NCBI GenBank assembly: GCA_963664195.1
Contig: OY760907.1
Coordinates: 3,360,001 to 3,424,000, forward strand
Direction of reading: 5' to 3'
From: an uncultured candidate division Zixibacteria bacterium
GTDB lineage: Bacteria; Zixibacteria; MSB-5A5; GN15; FEB-12
DNA length: 64,000 bases
Numbering within the stretch: position 1 is the stretch's first letter; each line of letters starts with the position of its first letter. Positions 50,701 to 58,063 of this stretch are shown here, in pieces. Both the position numbers and the translations under genes were made by a program. The notes beneath the pieces are model-generated. The model saw nothing but the letters and a program-made list of their open reading frames with translations. It made no database searches and was not told the origin of the DNA.

Positions 50701-52634
50701 ACAGTTCGGGTCTCAGTGAGACTTTCTGGATCTACTCGCCGGTGATCGACTGCGCCGAGATGACAGGGGTGGAGATGCGCTACTGGCACTGGCTGGGTTG
50801 TGAGTCCTCGACTTATGACCATGCGCATTTTGAGGTATTCGACGGCGAGAACTGGGTAAACCTGTTCTCGAACAGCGCCACGAACCAGGAGACCGCCTGG
50901 GCGGAAGAGTTCTACGACATGTCGGCCATCGCGGACAACAACCCGGGCTTCCAGATGCGCTGGGGTCTAGGCTCGACCGACGGTTCGGGAGAGTACTCCG
51001 GTTGGAACATTGATGATATCGAGTTGAAGGGATACAGCGGCAGTGGTTCCGCTTCGATGAGCTTTGCTCCGGCCGTTCTGGTTGACAGCCTTCAGCCCGG
51101 TGAATCCGGTGAGCAGTCGATCCGCGTGTACAACACGGGCGATGGCAGCCTTGGAGTCTGGTTCTCGACCAACGATGCCTGGTTGGACTTCGCCTACGAC
51201 AAGGTAACGGTTCCTGCCGGTGATAGTGTCGACGTAGTCGTGACGATCCAGACGACCGGTTTGCTTGGTGGTGATCATGTTGGCGCGATGAACTTTACAT
51301 CAAACGACAACTCGAATGCCAGCGGCAGTGTCCCGGTGCAGTTGCACGTGTACTCGCCGAAGATGGAGATCGCAGAGACGAGCATTGAGCAGCGTGTGTC
51401 TCCGGAAGAGACGGCGACATATGAGCTGGTCGTGACGAACAGCGGTCCGGGTAACCTTCTCTATTCGGTAGGTTGCCAGATGGATATGAAGGCCAACGGT
51501 GTTGCCGCAGTTCAGGAGACCGCAACGCCTATCGGCTACCGCGCAACCGATCCTGACAAGGGTGGTCAGCAGGAGCCGTTCTATGATACCCAGACGAAGG
51601 GATCGGGCGGTCCGGATGCCTACGGTTACACGTGGATAGATTCCGACGAAGCTGGTGGTCCGGTGTTTGGCTGGATTGACATTTCGACGTTGGGCACGGA
51701 GATCACGCTTAGTGATGACAACTATGCTCCGTCGTACGGATCGCCTTTGGCGATCGGCTTTGACTTCCCGTTCTACGACAGCCTGTACAGTGCGTTGTAC
51801 ATCGGCTCGAACGGCTTTATTTCGTTTGATTCGGGTTACGGTCGGGCCTCAGGCGGTCCTCTTCCTGATGACAACTTCAAGTCGTACATAGGCGTGTGGC
51901 ACGATGACATTGATCCTCCAGAAGTCCCGGGTCATGTGTACTATTACCATGATGCGGCTAACGGTCGTTTCATTGTCAGCTACGATCATGTGCGCAACTA
52001 TGTGAGTCCGGCCGGGACCGGCGACCTGTCCTTCCAGATTCTTCTGTACGCGAACGGGCAGATCACGTTCCAGTACGACACGATGGATCCGGGTTCAGAC
52101 ACCGAAGGTCTGAACAGCGCCACAATCGGAATTCAGAACTCAGCCGCAAACGATGCGTTGCAGGTTCTGTATAACGCGGCGTACATGCACGACCAGTTGG
52201 CGATCAATATCGGCGCCGCGTCGTGGCTTTCGGCCGAGCCGGCGAGCGGCACGGTTGAACCGTACGGCACGCGGACGGTGCACGTGAACTTTGACGCCGC
52301 CGGTATGGAGCTTGGTGACTACACCGGCTCGGTAGTGTTCAACTGCAACGACGGTGACACGCCGACAATGTCGCTTCCGGTAACGATGACGATATCTGCC
52401 GGTTGTTGTTCCGGTCCGTCGGTGGGTAATGTGGACGGCAGTGTTGACGAGTTGGTGACGATGAATGATCTGACGGTTCTGATCGACCATCTATTCATCA
52501 GCATGGATCCGCTGGTTTGTCCGGCCGAGGGCAATACGGATTTGAGTGCCGATGAATTGGTGACGATGAGCGACCTGACGGTACTGATCGACCACCTGTT
52601 TATCAGCCTGGATCCTCTGCCGCCGTGTCCGTAA
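47715..52634 (+). CDS. Large secreted C25 (gingipain-like) cysteine peptidase with Ig-like, jelly-roll, nidogen-like and BACON-like modules and a dockerin-like tail
   Basis: GGAGGT RBS plus TTG start; propeptide GEPNLP, KYVII, F.EWK..KG, PEIYYGRFS, NYTAH, GNCCLS, YHLMGDPS; GGPDAYGY.W / IGFDFPFY / SNGFISF; tail at 52404-52634. Confidence 0.92.
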   Translation: MRKVAIGFCTTLLLCLSLSGLAFAGQVLQISGAQNGVTVLDQGSDGLTLQLDVGNVTFSDVTTKGGDFTLLSATNLIRSWEVGEPNLPVSNKLIVIPDGCELKASVLYSEYEDFKLSDYGLTNLIMPAQPPLEKSVDPMDVPFEHNQALYEQAGFYERPMVEAEFLGVMRDVRLGMVHIRPFHYNPTENTLRVYKNVQVNVTFEHPNWAKTYADMEQHYSPMFTSIFNRTLNYESLASGVKADLTKYPIKYVIIADRQFEAQLVPFIEWKTKKGFHVETYYLDDIGSTNTVVRDFLEGLYNAGTTADPAPSFVLFVADDNQLQAFAGSAGSHITDLRFCEFTGDDFPEIYYGRFSAQTPAQLQPQIDKTLEYEQYQMPDPSYLERVTLVSGSDGTYAITHGNGQINYGTNLYFNEAHGINANVWLYPETGSGGTVAADIIQSVSDGISFYNYTAHCGHDGTGTPSFTTSDIPGLTNYHQYLLGVGNCCLSNTFGDDYSTPCFGEAFLQVEDKGGIGYIGATNNTMWDPDYYWGVGAGDVVSEGPPYEETTLGAYDGIFHDHGEPLADHYVTNGAMIFAGNLGVTEGGSSVQYYWEVYHLMGDPSVMTYMGVPAVNPVSHIAALMMTAPSIDVTCDPYSLVAISVDGVLKGSAFADSKGTVTVPLEAFDQPCTADIVVTAQFRQPYISTIQVIAPSGPYVVLDSYTIDDAAGNNNGMVDFGESIVLGMQLKNVGPDDALDVNATIATADGYVTITDDTEAYGTIAGDFGLSNIADAFAFDVLPSVPDGHVVTFTLTVTGTARDTWEGTFTIPVHAPEIGYVSVSIDDALGGDGNGILDPGETADIIVTVENSGSGDAFGVEAYLSESDSYVTIDDDYGLFGDIAASASTSNAGNVYTATADAGCPMGHAVSVDLALSTTGGYTTTLNFSLTVGDRVVFYFDDFSADLGWTGLGGGAEWQIGECIGGGTTGRLDPTEDHTSSSDNRVLGNDLTSAGLYSSGLSETFWIYSPVIDCAEMTGVEMRYWHWLGCESSTYDHAHFEVFDGENWVNLFSNSATNQETAWAEEFYDMSAIADNNPGFQMRWGLGSTDGSGEYSGWNIDDIELKGYSGSGSASMSFAPAVLVDSLQPGESGEQSIRVYNTGDGSLGVWFSTNDAWLDFAYDKVTVPAGDSVDVVVTIQTTGLLGGDHVGAMNFTSNDNSNASGSVPVQLHVYSPKMEIAETSIEQRVSPEETATYELVVTNSGPGNLLYSVGCQMDMKANGVAAVQETATPIGYRATDPDKGGQQEPFYDTQTKGSGGPDAYGYTWIDSDEAGGPVFGWIDISTLGTEITLSDDNYAPSYGSPLAIGFDFPFYDSLYSALYIGSNGFISFDSGYGRASGGPLPDDNFKSYIGVWHDDIDPPEVPGHVYYYHDAANGRFIVSYDHVRNYVSPAGTGDLSFQILLYANGQITFQYDTMDPGSDTEGLNSATIGIQNSAANDALQVLYNAAYMHDQLAINIGAASWLSAEPASGTVEPYGTRTVHVNFDAAGMELGDYTGSVVFNCNDGDTPTMSLPVTMTISAGCCSGPSVGNVDGSVDELVTMNDLTVLIDHLFISMDPLVCPAEGNTDLSADELVTMSDLTVLIDHLFISLDPLPPCP

Positions 52635-52700
52635 TCTGTTAGATTGATACCGGTTGGGTGACTGTCCAAACGACAACACTCAACCAGAGAGATCGATACC

Positions 52701-52736
52701 AACCGGCCGCCCCATACAGGGACGGCCGGTTCCTTT
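52701..52736 (+). terminator. Terminator-like hairpin
   Basis: aaccggccgcccc-atac-agggacggccggtt plus ccttt. Confidence 0.6.
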
Positions 52737-52939
52737 GTGAGGACGTGAATTTTCCCCGGGGAGCGTAACGAAGCTGGACTACTCGAACCGTCCCTCTCCC
52801 CCTCAGGCTGACACTGCCCTGGTGCCCGGACACGGCAGACCTGTTGAAGAAAGTGCTGTGAACAGGAAATGGGGATCAGCAAAACTTATAGTCAACTTGC
52901 AGGCCCATGCAGTTGGCGCTCTCCCACGCAGGCGCGCAC

Positions 52940-52969
52940 AAAAAAGCCCGACTCTGAGAGCCGGGCTTT
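52940..52969 (-). terminator. Rho-independent terminator of the OMP gene
   Basis: Minus strand aaagcccggctctcagagtcgggctttttt. Confidence 0.85.
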
Positions 52970-52997
52970 CGCATTGTTTGCTTCGTTAAGCTACAGC

Positions 52998-53582
52998 TTA
53001 CTTCGCACCCAACGGGATGGAAACACCGCCGACAATCTGAATCAGCTCAAACATGTCGTCAGCCATGACAATGTGAATTCTCGGCATGACAAACACGTTG
53101 ACGGTCGGGGAGACCTTTTGCGAATACATGAAACCGCCGTTGAAGCCGATTTCAGTGTCGCCGAAGTCATAGAAACCAACGCCAGCAGTCAGATACATGG
53201 ACTTCTTTTCGTCATCGCTCATCGCGTACAGAGCGTTGGCACCAAAGTTCAACTTGGTCTCAGATTCGTCAGCGTCCTCGAAAGTAAAGCCCGGAATACT
53301 CGGACCTGTATACTCACTCTCAAACTTGTAGGACTGGAAGAACGCCTCACCGCCAAGCATGATCTTTTCAGTCAGACCGTAATGGAACATACCGCCGAAA
53401 GTGATGCCAGCCTTGGTCGAGAAGCTGTAGTTCTCACCCTCGTAGTCATCAAAAGCGTCGCCCATACCGATGGTGTAGCCGCCGTAGCCGCTGATCATCA
53501 TTTTGCCTTTGACACCCTGGCCGAAGGCCGTACCGGCGAGAAGCAGACTCGCCACAACCATAATCAATAATGCTTTCTTCAT
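52998..53582 (-). CDS. Small outer-membrane beta-barrel protein (OmpA/OmpW-like 8-stranded type)
   Basis: Signal peptide MKKALL...AFG; alternating strands (G.TFGG.FHY, YLTAGVGFY, terminal IQIVGGVSIPL). Confidence 0.8.
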   Translation of the reverse strand: MKKALLIMVVASLLLAGTAFGQGVKGKMMISGYGGYTIGMGDAFDDYEGENYSFSTKAGITFGGMFHYGLTEKIMLGGEAFFQSYKFESEYTGPSIPGFTFEDADESETKLNFGANALYAMSDDEKKSMYLTAGVGFYDFGDTEIGFNGGFMYSQKVSPTVNVFVMPRIHIVMADDMFELIQIVGGVSIPLGAK

Positions 53583-53703
53583 GTCACCCTTCCGTGATAA
53601 ACATTCATATAACACAGGCCGTCTTATGTTCTCTGGTGCTGCGAGCGGATCAGAAGCTTGCTACTCTGGAACAGCAAACCCAAATCCCCTCATTTCACTC
53701 GCG

Positions 53704-53732
53704 ATAATACCTTTGTTGAGGCCCGCTGTCAA
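53704..53732 (-). promoter_or_regulatory. sigma70-type promoter candidate for the OMP gene
   Basis: Minus-strand TTGACA-N17-TATTAT. Confidence 0.6.
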
Positions 53733-54018
53733 GTTTGTGTTGAGTGATTTGAGAATTATTGACAGAGAATTATGGCTCCCTCGCCTGCTAGGAAATAGGC
53801 GGGGAGTACGCAATAACAACGCTGCGTACTCCCCGGTAGGTATGCTAGAGAGCCATCCGCAATCCGAAGAAGACTTGTCTCGGATTGCTGTAATGCGCGG
53901 GGTTGGCCTGCATAAGCGTGTATCGCGACTCAAACTCCTCGCCGTAGTTCTCGCCTGTGTGGAGTAGACTTCGACGGGTTCTTTTTGCGATTCAAGGACG
54001 TTCTTGATCCAATGGCAA

Positions 54019-54750
54019 TTAACTCCGCTTCACGTCGCGCATCCGCTTGATTTCGTCCTCGCCGAGGGGTGCCTTCCCCTTCACACGAAGGCTGTCGACA
54101 AACTCAAAGGCAAAATCCCGCTGGAGTCGCCAATTAATCGCGGCTGTTACCAGCATCGCAATGATTGCCCCGGTCGTGGCCAACCCCATATCCTTGTGGG
54201 CGTCCCAGATATCCCCCTGAGTACCAAGATATGCCACGCCCAGGTCGCCGCCGAAGAACTCCGCCGCCGCCCATTCGAAAAGCTCGAAAACCATCGAGGT
54301 AGACATTGTCACATCGAGCGGAAGAAAGTATCCCCAGAATCCCCGCACTTGAGCTACTCGATGGAATATCTCGCGAATCGGATAGGCCAGCAACAGACCG
54401 TAGGAGAAATGCACCAGCCGGTCGAAATGGTTTCGCTCCCAACCCCAGAGAGAGTTAAACGACCGTCCGAATACCGCCTCAAACCACGTATCGTACGGAA
54501 CGGCGGCATAGGTATAGTGAGCGCCGACTTCATGCAGACACAGAAAAACAAATATGACCGTGTATGAAATCCGGGATAGCGGCAACCGCCTGTGACTGAC
54601 GACCAAAAAGGCAACGAAAAGCACCGCCAACGCGTTCTCCAGCGCCCAATCGTGCCGGTCGTGGGGTGAGATCGCCAGAATCGCCGCAAAGACGAAAAAA
54701 ACGGCACCCAGTGTAAGCGCGTATGTGCGATGTGTTTCGTTTGTGTTCAT
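54019..54750 (-). CDS. DUF2238 (YjdF-like) inner membrane protein
   Basis: DW.LEN, LH.VGAHYTYA.VPY, RNHFDRLVHF.YG, YLGTQGDIWDAHKDM. Confidence 0.92.
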   Translation of the reverse strand: MNTNETHRTYALTLGAVFFVFAAILAISPHDRHDWALENALAVLFVAFLVVSHRRLPLSRISYTVIFVFLCLHEVGAHYTYAAVPYDTWFEAVFGRSFNSLWGWERNHFDRLVHFSYGLLLAYPIREIFHRVAQVRGFWGYFLPLDVTMSTSMVFELFEWAAAEFFGGDLGVAYLGTQGDIWDAHKDMGLATTGAIIAMLVTAAINWRLQRDFAFEFVDSLRVKGKAPLGEDEIKRMRDVKRS

Positions 54751-54947
54751 AATCCACTCAGATATAGTCAGTCTTCGCGTACTTGTTTGCCATCATTGAA
54801 CTTAAGGGTGGTTTATGGCACTGTCAACAAAACGTTCTCTCCCCTCCCCCATGCCGCACCCCGCCCCAAATCCGGGTCGTCGGTCTGCCCTCACAACGCA
54901 CCCTGCATCTTTTTTTGAAAAGTTGACAGGTCAGCGAAACTATTCTA

Positions 54948-54995
54948 TTGACTCGGCGTACAAGGCCGATATAATACATACCGTCCAGTCGGTAT
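54948..54995 (+). promoter_or_regulatory. Efflux operon promoter with palindromic TetR operator
   Basis: TTGACT-N16-TATAAT (54948-54975) followed by ATACCG-N6-CGGTAT (54978-54995). Confidence 0.7.
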
Positions 54996-55045
54996 CAATG
55001 ACATACCGGCAGGTTTGTAGCACAGACACCAACAGAGAGAAGGAC

Positions 55046-55642
55046 ATGGCGAAGATCAACCAGAGCCCCAAACAGCCCGCAGCCATGAGGCGCAAACAAC
55101 TGCTCACTTCGGCCCAACAGTTGTTCATCGAAAAGGGTTACCGGGGAACCTCGATAGAGGAAATCGCGCAGAAAGCCAAGCTCAGCAAGGGCGCCTTCTA
55201 TCATCATTTTGAGAACAAAGAGGCCGTTCTGCACGCTCTGGTGACCGAAATGGGGTGCAACTACGACGACTCCTTCCAGATACTGTTCAGAAAGGGAAAC
55301 ATTACTCCAATGGACCTGCTGCGTGCACTCCTCGACGCTCACAAAACTGATGATCTTGTGGAGTTCAATACCATGATTGATCTCTGGGTCCAGGCGCGCA
55401 GAATTCCGAGCATTGTCGACAGCCTGGAGGAAGAGCATCGGGCCATTATGACGGAGGTCGTTAAGCACATGGATCGCTCCTATGGTCGAACGACCGCGGC
55501 TCGTGCCAAAATCGCCCAGTTCACGCTCCTATTCTACAACGGCCTGGCTGCCCGCAAGGCAACCAAACCGGATGCCGTGGACGTCAATGAGCAACTGGCT
55601 GTGTTCGCAGATTGCATCAAGGCATGGAAGAACTGCCGCTAA
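55046..55642 (+). CDS. TetR/AcrR family transcriptional regulator
   Basis: A..LF..KGY..TSIEEIA..A.LSKGAFYHHF.NKE; AAGGA RBS. Confidence 0.93.
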   Translation: MAKINQSPKQPAAMRRKQLLTSAQQLFIEKGYRGTSIEEIAQKAKLSKGAFYHHFENKEAVLHALVTEMGCNYDDSFQILFRKGNITPMDLLRALLDAHKTDDLVEFNTMIDLWVQARRIPSIVDSLEEEHRAIMTEVVKHMDRSYGRTTAARAKIAQFTLLFYNGLAARKATKPDAVDVNEQLAVFADCIKAWKNCR

Positions 55643-55655
55643 TTACCTTGAGGAT

Positions 55656-57026
55656 ATGATGACAAGACTTTTACGACTACTGGATTTAACTATGACATAC
55701 AGACCCGGCCTTTTCCCGGTTGTCATTCTCCTGCTCCTGACGATGGCTGCGGCTGCAATGGCAGACACAAACCTGACGATTCACGAGACCCGCTCACGAG
55801 CGCTGGAATTCAACCGGGGCCTGCTCTCGGCAAAGGAAGACGTGGCAATCGCCAGGACCGACGTAACTAAAGCCAAGGCGGACGCGCTCCCTAACCTGAG
55901 ACTGAATGCCGGTTACAACCGGAACTTTTCGGTAGCGAGCAGTTTCGTGACAATAGGAGACCAGACGGAGGAATTCCAATTCGGGTTCAAAAACTCGTTC
56001 GACGCCACGGTATCTCTTGAACAGGCAATCTGGCACGGCGGCAAGGTGTTTAGTGCGCTCAAAATAGCCAAGATGTACCGAGGATATTCTGACGCCATCG
56101 CCGACCAGGTGGCCGCTGATGTCGTTTTTGCAGCCGATCAGCTTTTCTACGCTGCCATTCTCGCGAACACGCAGCTCGACGTGCTGAACAAAGCGTTTGA
56201 ATCCAACTCCGCCAATCTCGAAGTCATTGAGAAGAAGTATTCCAGGGGCGTGGTCTCTGAATACGAGGTGCTTCGCGCTAGAGTCGAAAAACAGAACCTG
56301 CAGCCGCAGATTCTCAACGCTGAATCGGAGGTACGACTGTCAAGAAAACGACTCAAGTCATTCCTTGGCATCGACCTCTCCGAACCGGTGACGCTGATTG
56401 AGGACCAGACCGACACAGCGCTCACCAGTGTACCGGCTCTCCCCTCTCTTGTTTCCGACGCCCTGAGGGAACGCCCGGAAATGAAGCAGGCCGGATCGCT
56501 GAGAGACATCTCCAAGAAGGCAATAGGTGTGGCCAGGGCCGACTACTGGCCCAGTCTTGACCTGGTGGGAGCTTACTCCTGGAGCGCTGGATCCGATGAT
56601 TTCACGCTCTCGGACAACAGGTCCGACTCTTGGACGGCAGGAGTACGGCTGTCGCTCAACATATTCGACGGTTTCCGCACCCGGGGCAACGTCACCCAGC
56701 GCAAAGCGGAGTACAATCAGACTCGTCTCAATCTCAAACAGACAGAGGACGACATCCGACTTGAAGTCGAGGCAGCGTATGATGTTCTTATGCAGGCCAA
56801 GAGGGCGCTCGAAATTCAGGGAGCAACGATTGATGCCGCCGAGGAAGGATTGAAGATCGCCCAACTGAGATACAGCTCAGGCGTTGGGACGCAGTTGGAA
56901 GTCCTTTCGGCTCAAACAGCACTCACTCAGGCAAGACAGGCACAGGCGCAGGCACTCTACCAGTTCAGAGTCGCCCGGGCAGGACTCAAGAAAGCAACAA
57001 CTCTAGATATGGATACAGACCGATGA
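55656..57026 (+). CDS. TolC family outer membrane efflux protein
   Basis: A.ALP.L, Q.I..GG, ARADYWPSL, L.IFDG, RY..GVGTQLEVL.AQ. Confidence 0.92.
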   Translation: MMTRLLRLLDLTMTYRPGLFPVVILLLLTMAAAAMADTNLTIHETRSRALEFNRGLLSAKEDVAIARTDVTKAKADALPNLRLNAGYNRNFSVASSFVTIGDQTEEFQFGFKNSFDATVSLEQAIWHGGKVFSALKIAKMYRGYSDAIADQVAADVVFAADQLFYAAILANTQLDVLNKAFESNSANLEVIEKKYSRGVVSEYEVLRARVEKQNLQPQILNAESEVRLSRKRLKSFLGIDLSEPVTLIEDQTDTALTSVPALPSLVSDALRERPEMKQAGSLRDISKKAIGVARADYWPSLDLVGAYSWSAGSDDFTLSDNRSDSWTAGVRLSLNIFDGFRTRGNVTQRKAEYNQTRLNLKQTEDDIRLEVEAAYDVLMQAKRALEIQGATIDAAEEGLKIAQLRYSSGVGTQLEVLSAQTALTQARQAQAQALYQFRVARAGLKKATTLDMDTDR

Positions 57027-58060
57027 CAATCAGACGAATTCTCCTAAGCACAACGACTATTCTCGCAGCCGCCTCACTCCTCATCGGCTGTGCCCAGAAG
57101 GAAGAGGTCGATCAGACTGAGCGAGCACTGTCGGTGAAAGCCACAACCGTTAGCGCCGTCGACCGTGAGATCACCGTCACTTTCACCGGTTCACTCGAAG
57201 GTGAGAAGCAGGCCGTGCTGGTCGCAAAGCTGTCCGAATCTGTCGAGGCAATCAGGGTCAACGAGGGCGATCAGGTGTCGGCCAATGATGTGATCCTGTC
57301 GCTTGACCATACAGGACCAAGTTCGAGCTATCGGGAAGTGCAATCGATCTATCTGAACGCAGAAAAGAACCTCGGCAAGATGGAATACCTCTTTCAGGAG
57401 GGCGCTATTTCCGAAACCGATTTCGACGGTTTCAAGCTTAATTACGACGTGGCCAAGGCCAATTTCAACGCGGCTAAGCAACTGGTCGACATCCAGACCC
57501 CAATCGCAGGAACGGTTACTTCCATCGACGTCTCCCCCGGCGATCAGGTCAATGCCGGCAGCAGACTCGCAACGGTAGCCACCACCGGCAAGCTCCGGGT
57601 GAAGTTTGGCGTGAATCCGAAGGAAATCGGCTACTTTGCCACGGACGCGGAGCTGCGCATATCTACCGACGGGGTCAAAACTCCGGGATACGGCAAGGTC
57701 GTATCGGTTGCCAATTCCGCCAACCCGATTACCCGAGCTTTCGAGGTCGAGGCGTTGATGGACAACTCGCAAGGACTATTCAAACCCGGCATGTTCGTAC
57801 ATATCGACTTTGTCAGGGAGCAATTGTCATCGGTTTTGGCAGTACCGCGCGGAGCCGTACTGACGCAGAGCGAAAGGCAGCTGGTCTTCGTGATCAGCGA
57901 CAGCAGGGCGGTCGAACGACAGGTCCAGCTCGGACCGGAACTCTCCGGCGAGGTGGTTGTCCTGTCAGGACTCAACATCGGTGACACGCTTGTCACCCTC
58001 GGCCAGGATTACCTGGAGGACGGCATGCTGGTTAACATCACAGAATTGAACGAGCACTAA
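57023..58060 (+). CDS. RND efflux periplasmic adaptor (MFP) lipoprotein
   Basis: Lipobox LIGC; V.EGD.V, I.TPIAG.V, FKPGMF, V..GL..GD.LV..GQ. Confidence 0.92.
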   Translation: MTIRRILLSTTTILAAASLLIGCAQKEEVDQTERALSVKATTVSAVDREITVTFTGSLEGEKQAVLVAKLSESVEAIRVNEGDQVSANDVILSLDHTGPSSSYREVQSIYLNAEKNLGKMEYLFQEGAISETDFDGFKLNYDVAKANFNAAKQLVDIQTPIAGTVTSIDVSPGDQVNAGSRLATVATTGKLRVKFGVNPKEIGYFATDAELRISTDGVKTPGYGKVVSVANSANPITRAFEVEALMDNSQGLFKPGMFVHIDFVREQLSSVLAVPRGAVLTQSERQLVFVISDSRAVERQVQLGPELSGEVVVLSGLNIGDTLVTLGQDYLEDGMLVNITELNEH

Positions 58061-58063
58061 ATC

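Noticed and set aside
48027..50828. Long antisense ORFs (353 aa, 400 aa; also 20778-21839 and 59591-60619)
   Set aside because: Opposite well-supported genes; expected from codon bias in GC-rich DNA; no recognisable motifs.
2788..52634. Dispersed dockerin DNA repeats as DGR template/variable repeats or a mobile element
   Set aside because: No reverse transcriptase or transposase in the window; differences look largely synonymous and not adenine-specific; every copy is an in-frame coding C-terminus.
52836..52866. CTGTTGAAGAAA as an IS terminal repeat
   Set aside because: No partner end, target duplication or transposase remnant seen.
2721..52882. Recurring minus-strand ORFs with MNRWSI.TVRS.IV motifs
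   Set aside because: Antisense shadows of the dockerin coding sequence, with no independent evidence of expression.
53797..53812. GGGGAGTACG as a 16S rRNA fragment
   Set aside because: Only a 10-nt match; flanks do not resemble rRNA.
23532..55655. Extended N-termini in the ORF track (cydA 25034, 25221, 28541, 34324, 40992, 45260, 54815, 55482)
   Set aside because: Downstream ATGs have RBSs or signal peptides and match family starts; the extensions overlap promoters or neighbouring genes.
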